Below, piece after piece: positions 1-11,500 of a stretch of DNA of 64,000 nucleotides. The stretch comes from a virus, in the IMG/VR virus record IMGVR_UViG_3300025655_000024, positions 16,180 through 80,179 of that record, one strand, 5' to 3'. Position numbers and translations under genes: made by a program. Under the pieces are notes generated by a model that did no database searches, was not told the origin of the DNA, and saw nothing but the letters and a program-made list of their open reading frames with translations. The first letter of the stretch is position 1. Each line of letters starts with the position of its first letter.

Positions 1-1
1 C

Positions 2-574
2 CAAGAAAGAGAACAGGCGGCGATGGAACACGCCTACGATTTGTTTGAGGTATCACCGGGTTATTCGGCAGCGTTGCTCAACGCAACCGATGACTATTAT
101 CAATTGGCTCACGGCATTTCAAGTGACGATGTGCGTGAAACAGCCCTCTCCTTTATCCCCAACATTGAAAATTACACAATGATATTCACTAACCTGATTG
201 CCACTATTATGCGTTCTCCCGTATTGACGGAGGATCATGTGATGATGGCTTCGGAAATGATTTACGACAATTTTCACAACCTCATCATTTGGCTTGAGCA
301 AAAGCAAAATGTGTCCGAGAAGAAGAAAATTGCTTCTCAGCGTGCGGCATGGACAAGTGCATTCAATGCGTGCAAACGCTATACGGATGAAAGCGATGGG
401 GTGGAAAAGGTTATGCAAACCGAATTGTTGGATATGTATGCGACCCAACAATGTATTGCGAACATCACGGCACAAAGGAGGTTTAAGTCATTGAAGGACT
501 CAAGACAAGTCACCATATCAAAGTCGGGTCAGGGTGGTCGTAATTTCGTTGTATTGGCGTGGGGTGGTTCGTGA
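2..574 (+). CDS. C-terminal part of a protein truncated by the window; possibly AAA+ lid plus winged helix (MCM-like)
   Basis: Frame is open to the window edge (QEREQAAM...). SPVLTEDHVMMA resembles the AAA+ lid VTxEDVxxA segment, followed by a small helical domain. Confidence 0.35.
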   Translation, partial: QEREQAAMEHAYDLFEVSPGYSAALLNATDDYYQLAHGISSDDVRETALSFIPNIENYTMIFTNLIATIMRSPVLTEDHVMMASEMIYDNFHNLIIWLEQKQNVSEKKKIASQRAAWTSAFNACKRYTDESDGVEKVMQTELLDMYATQQCIANITAQRRFKSLKDSRQVTISKSGQGGRNFVVLAWGGS

Positions 575-1122
575 TGAAAGTGGTGGGTTTGGCCGTTGTT
601 TTTGATGGCGATATTGAAAGTCAAGGCTATCGGGGCGACTTCACCCCAATCCTCTATGCCACCTTTGACGGCAAACACGAAACGGTCTATACCGACCTTG
701 AATTCATACCACGCTTATCACGATGCGAACAAAAATCACTCGCTGAATTTGACTCCAACGGCGTTTTTGTTGCTCACAATTTACCAAAGGATTTCATTGG
801 TGACAACACCACAGACCTCCTTCGTTTGACACAAACAGCGAGTGCCGAAGTGCTTCAAAATGAAGGCAAACGCTACGCCTTAGCCGATTTGTGTCGGTGG
901 AACAAGGTCAGGGGATTTCATCAAGAAATCGCAACCGCCATCAAAAAATACACAGCCTATCGCAAAGGTGATCACCACAAAATAGCACGATGGTCGCTTG
1001 AAGAAGCAAAGCGATGTCAAGAGTTATTCGTGGTCGTTAGGAAGCGTGGCCGCATTCGTTTCGTTGATGCCAACACAGGAAAATTGGCTTTTGCTGAATT
1101 GGATTTTACGGAGGAAGAATGA
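574..1122 (+). CDS. RNase H-like/DEDD exonuclease-fold protein, probably inactive
   Basis: VAHN, TDLL, GKRYALADLC, YRKG and ARWSLEEA..CQELF follow the RNase_H_2 layout, but the acidic catalytic residues are missing. GTGATG overlap with the upstream stop. Confidence 0.5.
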   Translation: MKVVGLAVVFDGDIESQGYRGDFTPILYATFDGKHETVYTDLEFIPRLSRCEQKSLAEFDSNGVFVAHNLPKDFIGDNTTDLLRLTQTASAEVLQNEGKRYALADLCRWNKVRGFHQEIATAIKKYTAYRKGDHHKIARWSLEEAKRCQELFVVVRKRGRIRFVDANTGKLAFAELDFTEEE

Positions 1123-1352
1123 TGCCTGTCGTTTCCTGTGCAAATTGTGGTAAAAGACACAAGGCTACACCCAAGCGTTTGCGTCGTAGTCAAGAAACAC
1201 CAAGTCTTTGTTGGAAGTGCAATCGTGATTTGCCTGAAGAATACAGGTGCAAAGGAACGCTAAAGCGTAAGGAAAGGCGATGCGAGCAAAGGGCTTTGGA
1301 CAATGGCTATTGTGGTTATCATCAAGACCAATTCGGTGGTGAAGAAGAATGA
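1119..1352 (+). CDS. Small double zinc-finger protein
   Basis: CANC..CWKC plus CKGT..C..GYCGYH. ATGA-coupled on both sides. Confidence 0.7.
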   Translation: MMPVVSCANCGKRHKATPKRLRRSQETPSLCWKCNRDLPEEYRCKGTLKRKERRCEQRALDNGYCGYHQDQFGGEEE

Positions 1353-2506
1353 GTGCTTTCACACGGGGTTGGGAATTGATGAAAGGCATTGTTTGGAATG
1401 GCCGTGAATATGACGACATTGATGAAATTGACCCTATCATTCGTGGCATTTTGGATGATTACACGCAAGGCACGACACTGCCCGCACTGCCTTGGTCGGG
1501 TGGTGGTAAGCGAAAGGGGACACCTTGGACTCGTATGTTTGCCGAAGGAAGCAGTGCGCCCCTTCATCGTTTGAAGGGGTTCACTAATCCCGAACAAGAA
1601 ATGTTGCCTACGGTGGTGAATTGGGAAGGAGGCAAGACTTCAATCATGCCTCAATTCCGAGCCTTAACCAAGCCTTTGGGTGGTCGTTTTATCCCCGCTG
1701 AGTTATTCGGTGGAAGTGGCTCGTTCATTCTTGGCATGAACGACCCACAAGCACGAGGACTGTATGCTGATCTTAACCCTGACATGACGAACCTTATGGC
1801 TCAATTGAAACAGGGGATGGGCGATGTCAATATCGCCCAAGACCAAGACGATCTTGAGCGTATGGTTGCTGAATTGAATGAAATTCGCTATCGCAGGGAT
1901 GTCATGGGGCAAGAATTGGATGATGATGATTTGATGCGTATGGCTCACTTATTGGTTGGTGCAAATTTAGCAAACAGGAATGGGATGTTCACCTACAAGC
2001 CTTGGGACAAAGAACCTCAAACCTACACCGAAGGAAAAATACAACGCCCGTCATTCCGAGTCCAACCAAAGCGTGTGATGCCAAACGATGTTGGGTCAAT
2101 CAACCTTGACCCCTACGCATCACGATTGCGGAATGTGGACATACGCACAGGTGATTTGCGACAAACCTCCGAAGCCTTAACGCCTGAACATTTGCTTTAC
2201 CTTGACCCACCCTACATATCAAGGGACATTTCCTATGGAGGATCAGAACAACAATTGGAGGGCAAAACCTTCGATCAATTGCAGCGTGACACCATTGATA
2301 TAGCAAATGAACACAAAGGCCCAAGCATTGTTTCAAATTACCTGTATAGCAAAGAAACGGGCGAACCTTTGAAGGAATACATCAACGCCTTGCTGAATGC
2401 CGAAATGCAAATTCATCCATGGATCCGAAAGCCAAAGGGCAACAAGCAACCACAGGTGGAATTGATAGCGACAAAGAATTTCCCACAGCAACGCACGCTG
2501 TTCTAA
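1349..2506 (+). CDS. Dam-like (D12 class) N6-adenine DNA methyltransferase
   Basis: WEGGK, ELFGGSGS (SAM binding), DLNPD, LYLDPPY (catalytic). Confidence 0.85.
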   Translation: MSAFTRGWELMKGIVWNGREYDDIDEIDPIIRGILDDYTQGTTLPALPWSGGGKRKGTPWTRMFAEGSSAPLHRLKGFTNPEQEMLPTVVNWEGGKTSIMPQFRALTKPLGGRFIPAELFGGSGSFILGMNDPQARGLYADLNPDMTNLMAQLKQGMGDVNIAQDQDDLERMVAELNEIRYRRDVMGQELDDDDLMRMAHLLVGANLANRNGMFTYKPWDKEPQTYTEGKIQRPSFRVQPKRVMPNDVGSINLDPYASRLRNVDIRTGDLRQTSEALTPEHLLYLDPPYISRDISYGGSEQQLEGKTFDQLQRDTIDIANEHKGPSIVSNYLYSKETGEPLKEYINALLNAEMQIHPWIRKPKGNKQPQVELIATKNFPQQRTLF

Positions 2507-2778
2507 CGGTCACGGCTGATGCGACCACCGCCCGCACCCAAGTCACGCCTCATGCGTGGTCTTGCACCACTCCCTGAGCCACGAACCTTGCTTCGTGCAT
2601 ACCTCGCTCGTGTTCGCTTCTCCTTGTTCTTTCGTGATACGCTATACGCCCTGCGTTTAGCCTGTCGTTCAGCACGACCTTCGGATGGATTGCGAGTGTA
2701 GCCGTGAAATTTGCCTTTCAAGACTCCAAATCCGACAGCGAAGGCATGGGCTTTAGCCTCGGCTTCGCTTTTCGCCAT
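2503..2778 (-). CDS. Small, very basic protein (putative DNA-condensing)
   Basis: Arg/Lys/Gly-rich 91 aa. Carries AFAVGFGVLKG near the N-terminus. Last gene of the minus-strand block. Confidence 0.6.
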   Translation of the reverse strand: MAKSEAEAKAHAFAVGFGVLKGKFHGYTRNPSEGRAERQAKRRAYSVSRKNKEKRTRARYARSKVRGSGSGARPRMRRDLGAGGGRISRDR

Positions 2779-2927
2779 ATATTACCGCAGGTATCGCACT
2801 CCCATAAAAATATCCTATCCCGACTCCCCGCATAAAACCCATTGATTCTCCGAGCAAGCCCTACGGTTTGACACGAATCACATCGTTGTTCCAATTTTGC
2901 TCGGAACATTCGCTTCATGGCAATCAA
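2718..2927 (-). CDS. Zn-ribbon protein
   Basis: CDSC ... WECDTCG; coupled to the upstream stop. Confidence 0.55.
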   Translation of the reverse strand: MIAMKRMFRAKLEQRCDSCQTVGLARRINGFYAGSRDRIFLWECDTCGNIWRKAKPRLKPMPSLSDLES

Positions 2928-4075
2928 TACCCTGCGTGCGTGTAATAGAATTCAACCTCACCCACACCAAGTGGGCCGAGAGGGGAAATGACGGTGAGTG
3001 ACAAGTCACCGAAGGTAATCAATTTGCCCGCCACCGTGAAGTGTGGGCCTTCTTTCAAAGGACACATTTGGCTATCACCCGATCCAAACCAAACGGCTGT
3101 GATGAGTCGTGTTGAACCACCCGTTTCGTCAGCGAGTGGGGTAAAAGAAAGCGAACCCGTTGAACCCGAACCCGTGTAGGAAATGGTTTCCTTTGCTTGT
3201 TTGTGAACAGGAGTCAATTGATATGCACCGCCCGCCCCTGAGCCAATGGCTTGGTCGCTTTGAAAGAACAGGTGCGTTTCACCATCACCGTGAATGCTTG
3301 TTGCACTCACTTGAAAGCCATTGGGGTCACGAGCATAGAGTGTGCCTAAGTCGGTGAGGGGCAAAGCCCCCGCTGACAATGCGGGCGTAGTGCCGTAATC
3401 GTTAGATGGGTCAATGCCGTTCCCCGATGGGTCTTTCATCGCAGTTAAGGGGAATGGCCCACCACGAATGAACACACGCTTATCCTCAACCGCAGCGACA
3501 TTCAGTGGTGTAGCATAAGTGACACGCACAGCACCCAAAATGACCGATTGCTTGATGAGGTGAGAGGAAGGCATCTGTGGGTAAATGCCTGTGCTTGTAT
3601 CAACGACTGTGCCACAGACCAAACCAATGTTGTTCGTGGATGTCAATTCGGGATCGGCAATCACCAAGACCCAACACTCTTCGTTGAGGGCTGATGGCAA
3701 CACCATACCGCCCGCATTGAATCGGCTGTTGTAATAGGATGCTGTATCAATGTCAAACGCTGATGCTGAACCAACGGAATAGAACACACCGTCAAGGCAC
3801 ACCACGCCTGAGTCCACAAATATCTCATTAGCGTCACCACCTGCATTGGGTCGGACACAACAATTACCGCTGATAGGATTGTTCCTATCGCCCGCCCCCG
3901 AATCACTGCTGTAATCCGTCAAGGAAATGGGTATGACACCGTTGCCAATGCCACGCTCAAGGAAACCTGTGAGGGTTGCGGTGGACAGCACATCGGTATC
4001 ACGCAATCCATCGGATTGCCATGTCGCACCTGTGCCTGTCTTTTCGTGTCCTTCTCCGAGTCCTGTTGTTCCCAT
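2924..4075 (-). CDS. Putative minor tail/baseplate protein
   Basis: G/S/T-rich beta-type sequence at the end of the tail module. GAGGTGA SD. Confidence 0.55.
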   Translation of the reverse strand: MGTTGLGEGHEKTGTGATWQSDGLRDTDVLSTATLTGFLERGIGNGVIPISLTDYSSDSGAGDRNNPISGNCCVRPNAGGDANEIFVDSGVVCLDGVFYSVGSASAFDIDTASYYNSRFNAGGMVLPSALNEECWVLVIADPELTSTNNIGLVCGTVVDTSTGIYPQMPSSHLIKQSVILGAVRVTYATPLNVAAVEDKRVFIRGGPFPLTAMKDPSGNGIDPSNDYGTTPALSAGALPLTDLGTLYARDPNGFQVSATSIHGDGETHLFFQSDQAIGSGAGGAYQLTPVHKQAKETISYTGSGSTGSLSFTPLADETGGSTRLITAVWFGSGDSQMCPLKEGPHFTVAGKLITFGDLSLTVISPLGPLGVGEVEFYYTHAGY

Positions 4076-4084
4076 GTTTTCACC

Positions 4085-5200
4085 TCAAAATAATCTCGTC
4101 TGTATATGCCTTGGGTTGTTCAAGTGGTCTAACACACTTTCTGCCAAGGGATTCGTCACAAACGGTGAAAAGACATTCCCAATGACACCCGTTGAGGCAT
4201 CTGTGACGCTCTTACCCGACCTATATTTGTGACCTTCGGTGGGCGACCAATCGTAATTTTTAGGGAAACCCTGCATTACACCCAATTCCGAAGGAGTCAG
4301 CACACGATTGTAAATGTGCGTTGCAGGATTAGAGGACATCAAACCCGGTATTGTTTGCGATGCAGGGGAGGTGTGTTTCCATGTGTAGCCCTTTCTGTTG
4401 TCATTCCATTCCGACCCACCCGTTCCCACATCAACCGAACCCGTGTCATTGATGAACACATCACCCATCAAATACCGAGCAACATCAGGTCTTATAATCC
4501 CGCGCTGAACCAATTGAGCAAGTGTTTCTTCTTTGTGTCCACGAATTTCTTGTTCTTCTTCAAGCAAATGTGGTAAAGCATCTAATGGCGTGGTTGAAGG
4601 TCGTTGGAGTCGTGGGTCAGACAAGTCAAAACCCTGCCCAAGAACCGCCCTTTCACGATATGTCGGTGCGCCAAATTGTGCTGCCGTGACTTTCGGCATT
4701 CGCATTGATTGAAGCGAATCCATCCACCTCCTACGGTGAGGATTCCATGTGGCGTTTTCCATCAAATACGGTATGACTTTTGGGCTATTCTCAAAAGACC
4801 ATGAGTTAGGAGGGTTTTCGCTTGCTTCCAACATATCCAATAGGTTGCCGTAATTGTTGATGTGAGCCATACCGCGCATGGCTCGCTCATGTCCACTATC
4901 ACCAATGTTCAATGGTGATGCTCTTGAGAAATCAGGGCAAGGTGTGGATGCGTTAATGTGATATTTGCGACCACCCACCGCATCCAAGATTTCTTGCATC
5001 AACCTCGCATTGTCAAATTCATCACTCCCAATTGCCGCCCGTATATGTTTGGCTTCGGGGTGATTGGCAGCATGGGTGTCTAAAGCGGGCTTCCAATAAT
5101 CAACGGCTAATGCCGTAGGAATACCCTGCATTTTGAACCCTTGCGATACGCCACCGCCACCCGAATACAAATCAACGAGAGCAATATCGTCACGCATCAT
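4085..5200 (-). CDS. C5-cytosine DNA methyltransferase
   Basis: DLYSGGGG (motif I), TPCPDFS (IV), ENS (VI), RER (VIII), RVLTPSELGVMQGFP (IX), GNV (X). Confidence 0.9.
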   Translation of the reverse strand: MMRDDIALVDLYSGGGGVSQGFKMQGIPTALAVDYWKPALDTHAANHPEAKHIRAAIGSDEFDNARLMQEILDAVGGRKYHINASTPCPDFSRASPLNIGDSGHERAMRGMAHINNYGNLLDMLEASENPPNSWSFENSPKVIPYLMENATWNPHRRRWMDSLQSMRMPKVTAAQFGAPTYRERAVLGQGFDLSDPRLQRPSTTPLDALPHLLEEEQEIRGHKEETLAQLVQRGIIRPDVARYLMGDVFINDTGSVDVGTGGSEWNDNRKGYTWKHTSPASQTIPGLMSSNPATHIYNRVLTPSELGVMQGFPKNYDWSPTEGHKYRSGKSVTDASTGVIGNVFSPFVTNPLAESVLDHLNNPRHIQTRLF

Positions 5201-5538
5201 CTCACTTCCATTACCACATCCACACGGATTTCGGTGGTTTGGTTTTTGCTAATTGGCACAAACGATGCGCGAAATGCGGGGTTGTCAAGGGGGGTTGCCC
5301 CATGCACAACGACCTCTTTCACATCGCTCGCTGCAATCAATTGAGTGTCAAATATGCCTGTCACCGACACGGTGCGATCATCAATGCGTTGAACCGTAGG
5401 TGTGACGGAGAAGGCGACATTACCTGCCCCTCCATCCCTTGTGGTAGCCCGCCCACCCGAAGTGCCAAGACTCATTTGGCTCACAAGTGATTGGAGGTGT
5501 TCGGCTAACTTGGCTTTGATTTGGTCTAAAACGGGCAT
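5197..5538 (-). CDS. Small tail/baseplate protein
   Basis: 113 aa, TAATG-coupled to the giant tail gene. Beta-rich, with an LGTSG..KEV pattern like tail-collar proteins. Confidence 0.5.
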   Translation of the reverse strand: MPVLDQIKAKLAEHLQSLVSQMSLGTSGGRATTRDGGAGNVAFSVTPTVQRIDDRTVSVTGIFDTQLIAASDVKEVVVHGATPLDNPAFRASFVPISKNQTTEIRVDVVMEVR

Positions 5539-8500
5539 TATTTCACCTCATAGAATCGTGATTTGGAGTGTCCGATAGGCAATTGGCGACTTGAAGAAAC
5601 ACGAAGCCTCTCGTTGTCGGACACGGCTACGAGGCTTCCCGCCTTCAAAGTGATGGTGGTTGCGGTGACGGAATTGATATATCCGATGACCTCATGGTTA
5701 GCGTTCAACACCGCATCATGCTGTGCGAACCTCTCCGTAGCATCAACGCCATCAACGGTCATCGTGGTGGTGCTTGTAGCGTAGCCACCGCCATTGTTGA
5801 TTAGAACACCTGTATCACCACCACGCACACCGATGACCCCCAATTGATTCGTTGTTGGTTCGCCACGCCATCGCCCGCCTATAAGCAAACGAGTCCCGTT
5901 CACGAACCGTGTCATCACACGGTGTGCTGAAATCACTTGGATTGGTGCATTCAGGGTAATGTCAATTTGTTCATCGGTTCTTGTGGCATCATCATCGCTC
6001 GTCGTGGATGTTGATGTTTGCAGATCAGCCAACAGCCCTTCAATGCCCTTCTCGTATTGTCCCATCACAATGTCGGTGAGTCCTGTGTTGTAGTCGTTGA
6101 ACACTTCAAAGACAACGAATTCTCCTTTGATTGCTTCCGCTGTGAAATCAACACGGATTATTTCTCCGGGCTTGATGTCACTGCATTTGATGAGTCCTTC
6201 AACACGAATGAGTGCCGAGCCTTGTTCGGTTCTTCGCAATAGTCCCTTTGCCAAACGGAGAGCAACACTTCGTTCCTTTACCCCCAACACCTTCGTCTTG
6301 AGCGTGCGTTCCACGCCTTCGTCATCACCAACCCCGCCCATGCGTTTCATGCGTTCCAAGTCCTTAACAGAAGCCCGAACCGTTTCGTTGATAGCGATTT
6401 CATCACCCTCAACAATCACTTGGTTTGCCATTTCAAGCATTTGACTCACGCTGATATTGCGAGGGCCACTGCTTGTTCCAACCCGCCTCCCCATATCAAT
6501 GAAAATGTTAGGGGAATAAATCAACAACCCTTCTTCACTCAATGATAACTGATAGCCGTCAATTCGTGACAAATCACGCAAAGCATCCATAATACCAATA
6601 CCTCGTGTTTTGCGACTGATGAAGTGATGGCTGTGTAGCATAGCATCACGAAGGTTTGGATGAGCGAATAGAAATGCTTGTCGTGCGACTTCTGTGCTAT
6701 GATGAGCCGATGAATAATCCGCATAAACACCTGCATCGGTGGTTTTTTGTTCAAGGAACACACGGAATTTTTCAAGGTCAATTCCCGGTATGGATTTGAT
6801 GATGTCTTTCATCAACAATAAGGCGGCATCGGTGGTTCGCAACCCAACACCCATAAAGTGTCCAAGTCGCACACTGTTAATCTCCATCCCTGACGCTGAA
6901 AGTGAATTTTCTGTTAGGTTCTTGAATGTCAAGAATGTGTCATAGAAATCACCATCGCCCTCGTTGTTTTGTGCTTTAGCGATCCGCCATTTTTGATTCG
7001 TAGCATCAATGAGGTATGGTGGGAAGCGAGAGGGTATCATTTCAGTCCCATCAACATAGACCTTTGACATTCCCCCTGTTCCTGCGTTCCGTTTGTATGA
7101 AATCAATCCCGTGTTTTGTCCGTCATTCAGCACAAATGTCTGAGCAGATAGCATGAAAAAGTCAGATGGGTTGTAGTGTCCGATTCCACGATAGCCCATG
7201 TTGGTATTGATGATTGCACTATCGTCACTCGTGGTCGCATCCCATTTGTCCGAAAGCAATTTACCAACCGACACAGCGTTATCAACCAAAGAGGGCAACA
7301 CAACCAAGCCGAGTGAAGTGGGTGCTATGTTTTCAATTTTTGACACGGCTGAACCTGTATTTTTGCCCGCACGAACCGTATAGCCTGTGAGATCAGCCGA
7401 GGCACATTGAAATGTCAAAGTCAGTCCGTCAAATGTGTTATGAGTGCGACTTGTATAGGTGATTTGACCCGTCAAACCGATGATGACAAGCACCCCCGAT
7501 TGTGCAAACGAAGTGGCATCATCAACAACGATTTTTGATGGCGAAGCACTCTTTGCATCAAATTTAATCACAGCCTTAGCACCAAGTGCCAACATCGCTG
7601 TGCTTGGTTGCTTGACAACCGCATTAGCGTCTTTGTCGCGCTTGAGGTATGGATTAACCACCACCGTGTCATCCGTTGCATATACCGTTTCTGTTTGTGA
7701 AATGTATTCTCCACCACCTGCATGGGTGCTTTGTGAATATCGGGCTTCCACCAATGGCACAATTCTTCCCTCAGCGTCTTTGCGTGAAGCATCCGCTTTG
7801 AAGTGTTGAAGCATATTTGCTGATGGGATAAGATGCCACACAACATCACGGTTGTTAGCGTCAGGCCACTCAATCGTTGGTGCTGAATCGTAGGGAGAAG
7901 AAATGCCTTGAATGTCGCCAATTTGACTTGTTGTTGTCGTTTCAAACATACCGTAGCGTTTGTCACGGGTGTATGGTTGGTCTTTGCTTCCTGCTTGGGT
8001 GACGGTGCTGTATGGCCCAAGCAACCACCCGTCTTGATTCATGTCGTTGCCGTCACTATCGTTCTTGGTGGTGTAGCCAAACACCTTCAATGGTCGCACC
8101 ATACGAACAATGTAATCCGCATATTTTCGCACAGGTTGTGCCACCTGTGACTTGATTGCCGCATTCTTCCCCCCTTGCTTTGACCGCAAAGCGTCTGTGT
8201 TTTCAGGGCGTTCAAGCCATGTTTTGCGGAGGATAAACACCCCGCCCCATGCGGGCAAATCAGCCGACCCACGAACAGCCCAATGATCACGGACACCGAC
8301 ACCGTTTGCTTGGAGAATGTCATCACTAAACGGATTGCTCACCGCCGCCAAGTCCATGTCCTCATTCAACGACCATTTTGGTTTGGCAACCTTTTGATTT
8401 GGATTGGATTGACCCCCGTATGTTTCATCGGGGCGAGATGCGTCTGTTGTGATGCTTCCTTCCGAACCCCCGTATTTTGTCCATCGTGTGTCCTGCACCC

Positions 8501-11500
8501 ATGATGGAGTGATTGGGAACACTTGACCCACAGCCAAGTCGGAGTGTAGTGATACAGCCTTTGTGCTTGTCACCACATAATCGCTGTTTTCCCCTGTTAA
8601 ATACTCGCTATGCGTTTCAACACTCAAGCCCAAACGAGGTGCAACATCGGATTGCACTTGTCGGTGGTCGGCAATTTCGTGAAGTGGGATGGGGAGTGTT
8701 CCACGCTCGGCTTCGCCTTTGTCTTTCATGTTGAGGTTTGTTCCCCAACCAACCGCAGGGAAGTGTTGGTTGTCGGTATCACCGTTAATTTTGACATCAA
8801 CAGGGTGAGCGTTAAGGTGCAGGTTGTTCCCTTTGTGATGGTAAAATTCACTCCCCACACTCGCCCCAAATTCACTCGCTTGATATACGGCTTCAACAGA
8901 ATTCGCCGCCTTTGTTCTGTCGCCTGAGTGATGGTTCAAGCCGATGATAGGGTCTAACCCCGTGTTCATTGATTTGGCTTGTAAAAATTTAGCCGATGAG
9001 CCTGTGATTGTGGCAAATTCTGTTCGGTGTGCATCCACTACACCCGATGGCATAGCCCTGTGTGATACCATGCCGAGTGTTTCATCTTGAAGCACTCGCC
9101 CCATACCGACCCGTGTTTCAGCCTCAGTCCAAGGCGTGTTGGACAAGCGGTTGAAACCCTCACGCCCAATACCTTCGTTGGTGTGTTGGCTGATAACCAT
9201 GCCAATAGGCACAGTGCGTTCAATCCCTGTGTATGTGCTGTCACCCCATGCCCAATCACCGCCTGTCGGCAAATCGTTCATGCTGTCGTGCTTCCCGCCA
9301 TCAAAACGGGCTGACCGCAATATAGCATCCATTGAGGATGAGGTTTCAGCGGGGTCGCCCGCTAACATATTGAGAGCATCCGAAGCACCCTTGAAACCAA
9401 AGGCTCGCACAGGTAATCGTCGTGACAAATCCACAGCGACCATTGGATTTTGCACCACCGTCATTTCATTCCACTCATACGAATTGGTGGTGTCCTTATC
9501 CAATACCCATTTCGTGATGGCTTTGCGTGGGTTGAGTCCGTCACCAATGCCTTCTCCACGAGAATAGCGGGTGCTTGCACCCCTCAGCACAAAATGCTGA
9601 CGCAATTCAAGCGTGCCGTGTGGCTCACGCAATCCTGTGTGTCCCATCAACACCGCACTCGCTGAACGCTGACCCCAATTTGTGCCGTGTCCACCTGCGT
9701 TAAGTCCGTTGTAGCCGTATTGTTGTAGCCATTGAAATGCGTAAATGCGTTCAAAAGCCATTCCCTTATCCACAGAACCCGTGTCGGTGGCGGGGGCATT
9801 ACGCAAATACAATCCTCGCACTGATGGTTGATACACAGCGTTAGGCATACCTGCTTCACGGTATCGGAATGTCATGTATTGTTCTCGGCTTGTTCCGAGC
9901 AAAGCGGGGTGACTGTATTCAGCAAGCCATGTGCATAGGAACGCATCGGGGATGGCGTTTGAATTGGTGTCACTTGATGAAACTAACGCCAAGTCAGCGT
10001 GCGAGTCCTCCGCATCAAAATCCCCACTGCTTGATGGGGACTCCACATTGGCGACAGGCACAGCCGACATATTCACCATTTCAGGATCGTGAGCAATAAG
10101 TGGGGGAACGGTGGCTAACTCCGTTCCCACACGGGCTGTTCGCCAACCCGCAGGATGACCTGTCAAGGAATAATAGGTGTGTAGCCCATCGGATGCCTCA
10201 AAGCCATTTTGAATCCATGCGGGATTTGGTCGCCCTCCCATGAGCATATATTGCGAAAGCATGAAACCGTTCATGGCAAATTCTTCACCTGCGTTGTGCC
10301 TGTTATTGACGGTTCGTGAGCCAACAGTGAGGGCAATTGGCCCGGATGTTGCCGCACTTCCATACGGCCCAAAAGCCGCAGAATTTTGACTGTAATAAGC
10401 CGAAACCCACTGTGCTTGTTCCGTAGCACCCTCAACCTTCGTATGCAATTGACCGGGTGCAAATAGCAAATCAATTTGGTCGTGGGGCGTAGCACCGTCA
10501 TACCTTCTCCAATTCGGCAACCCTGCGTTTTTGATTTCGCTCATTGGGAAGCCATCGGATGCAAACGACCCTGTATTGTAGGCTTCGCTCTTGACCTCCA
10601 AAGTGTCAAGGTAATAGACGGTGGCTGACGGTGGGTCTATGCCTCCATTGTAGGCTGATTGAAAGCCCCAATGCTTGTGTTCTGTTTCAGCCTCAAAGAG
10701 CAACGAATATGCCGAACCGTGTGAGCGATGCAATTGCCTTCGCAACGCCATAGGTGTGCCTCTTGTGGTTAATGGTGCAACAAAGGAGTGGCCTTGACGA
10801 CCAAAACGGATGCGGTGGTGAGGGTGGAGGTATGAACCGTCAGCCCCGTTATTTGTGTCCAATAGCACCGAACCACGCTCAACATGGTCGCTAAGGCGGT
10901 GTGCCGCAAATAAGCGAGTCGTTCCGCTTGGCACGCCACCTGCGGTGGTGTTGAGCGTGAGTCCAAATTGACTCTCCATTTTGTCGTGAATAATACGCAC
11001 AGCGTGAAAGTGCAAAACCCTGTCGTGTGTGTCAAACGCTGTGACTTGCACATCCTTTGTTGAAGATTCAGCATCACCCGCTAAGCCCGAAGTCGGTGCT
11101 GACAACCCACCCATGCCCCATGTCAAATTATTCCATGCTTGAACACGATCATGCCCGGAACGCACGATGATATTGCCGGGTATTTCGTCTTGTGATGGGA
11201 GGTTGATTTCCAAATTGGGTTCAATTCCGCTTCCAACCGTTGAAGGAAGAGGTGTTTCTGTTCCCGTGTTAGGATTGAGGCGGGTCTGTTTGTAGGTGAA
11301 GTCTTTGATGACCGTTCCGAAAGGCGACCCCCCTTCTAAAATCAATTCCTGTCCTTTGTCATCAACGACTGAAATGCTGTCCCAAACCCGTTCTTCGTTA
11401 GGCACATATAGCCCACGAACACGCTCGGTGCTAACGGTTCTCGTGACACGATAAGGCCGACTCACATAGCCCAAAGAACCCACGAAGGGGCTTGTGCTTG

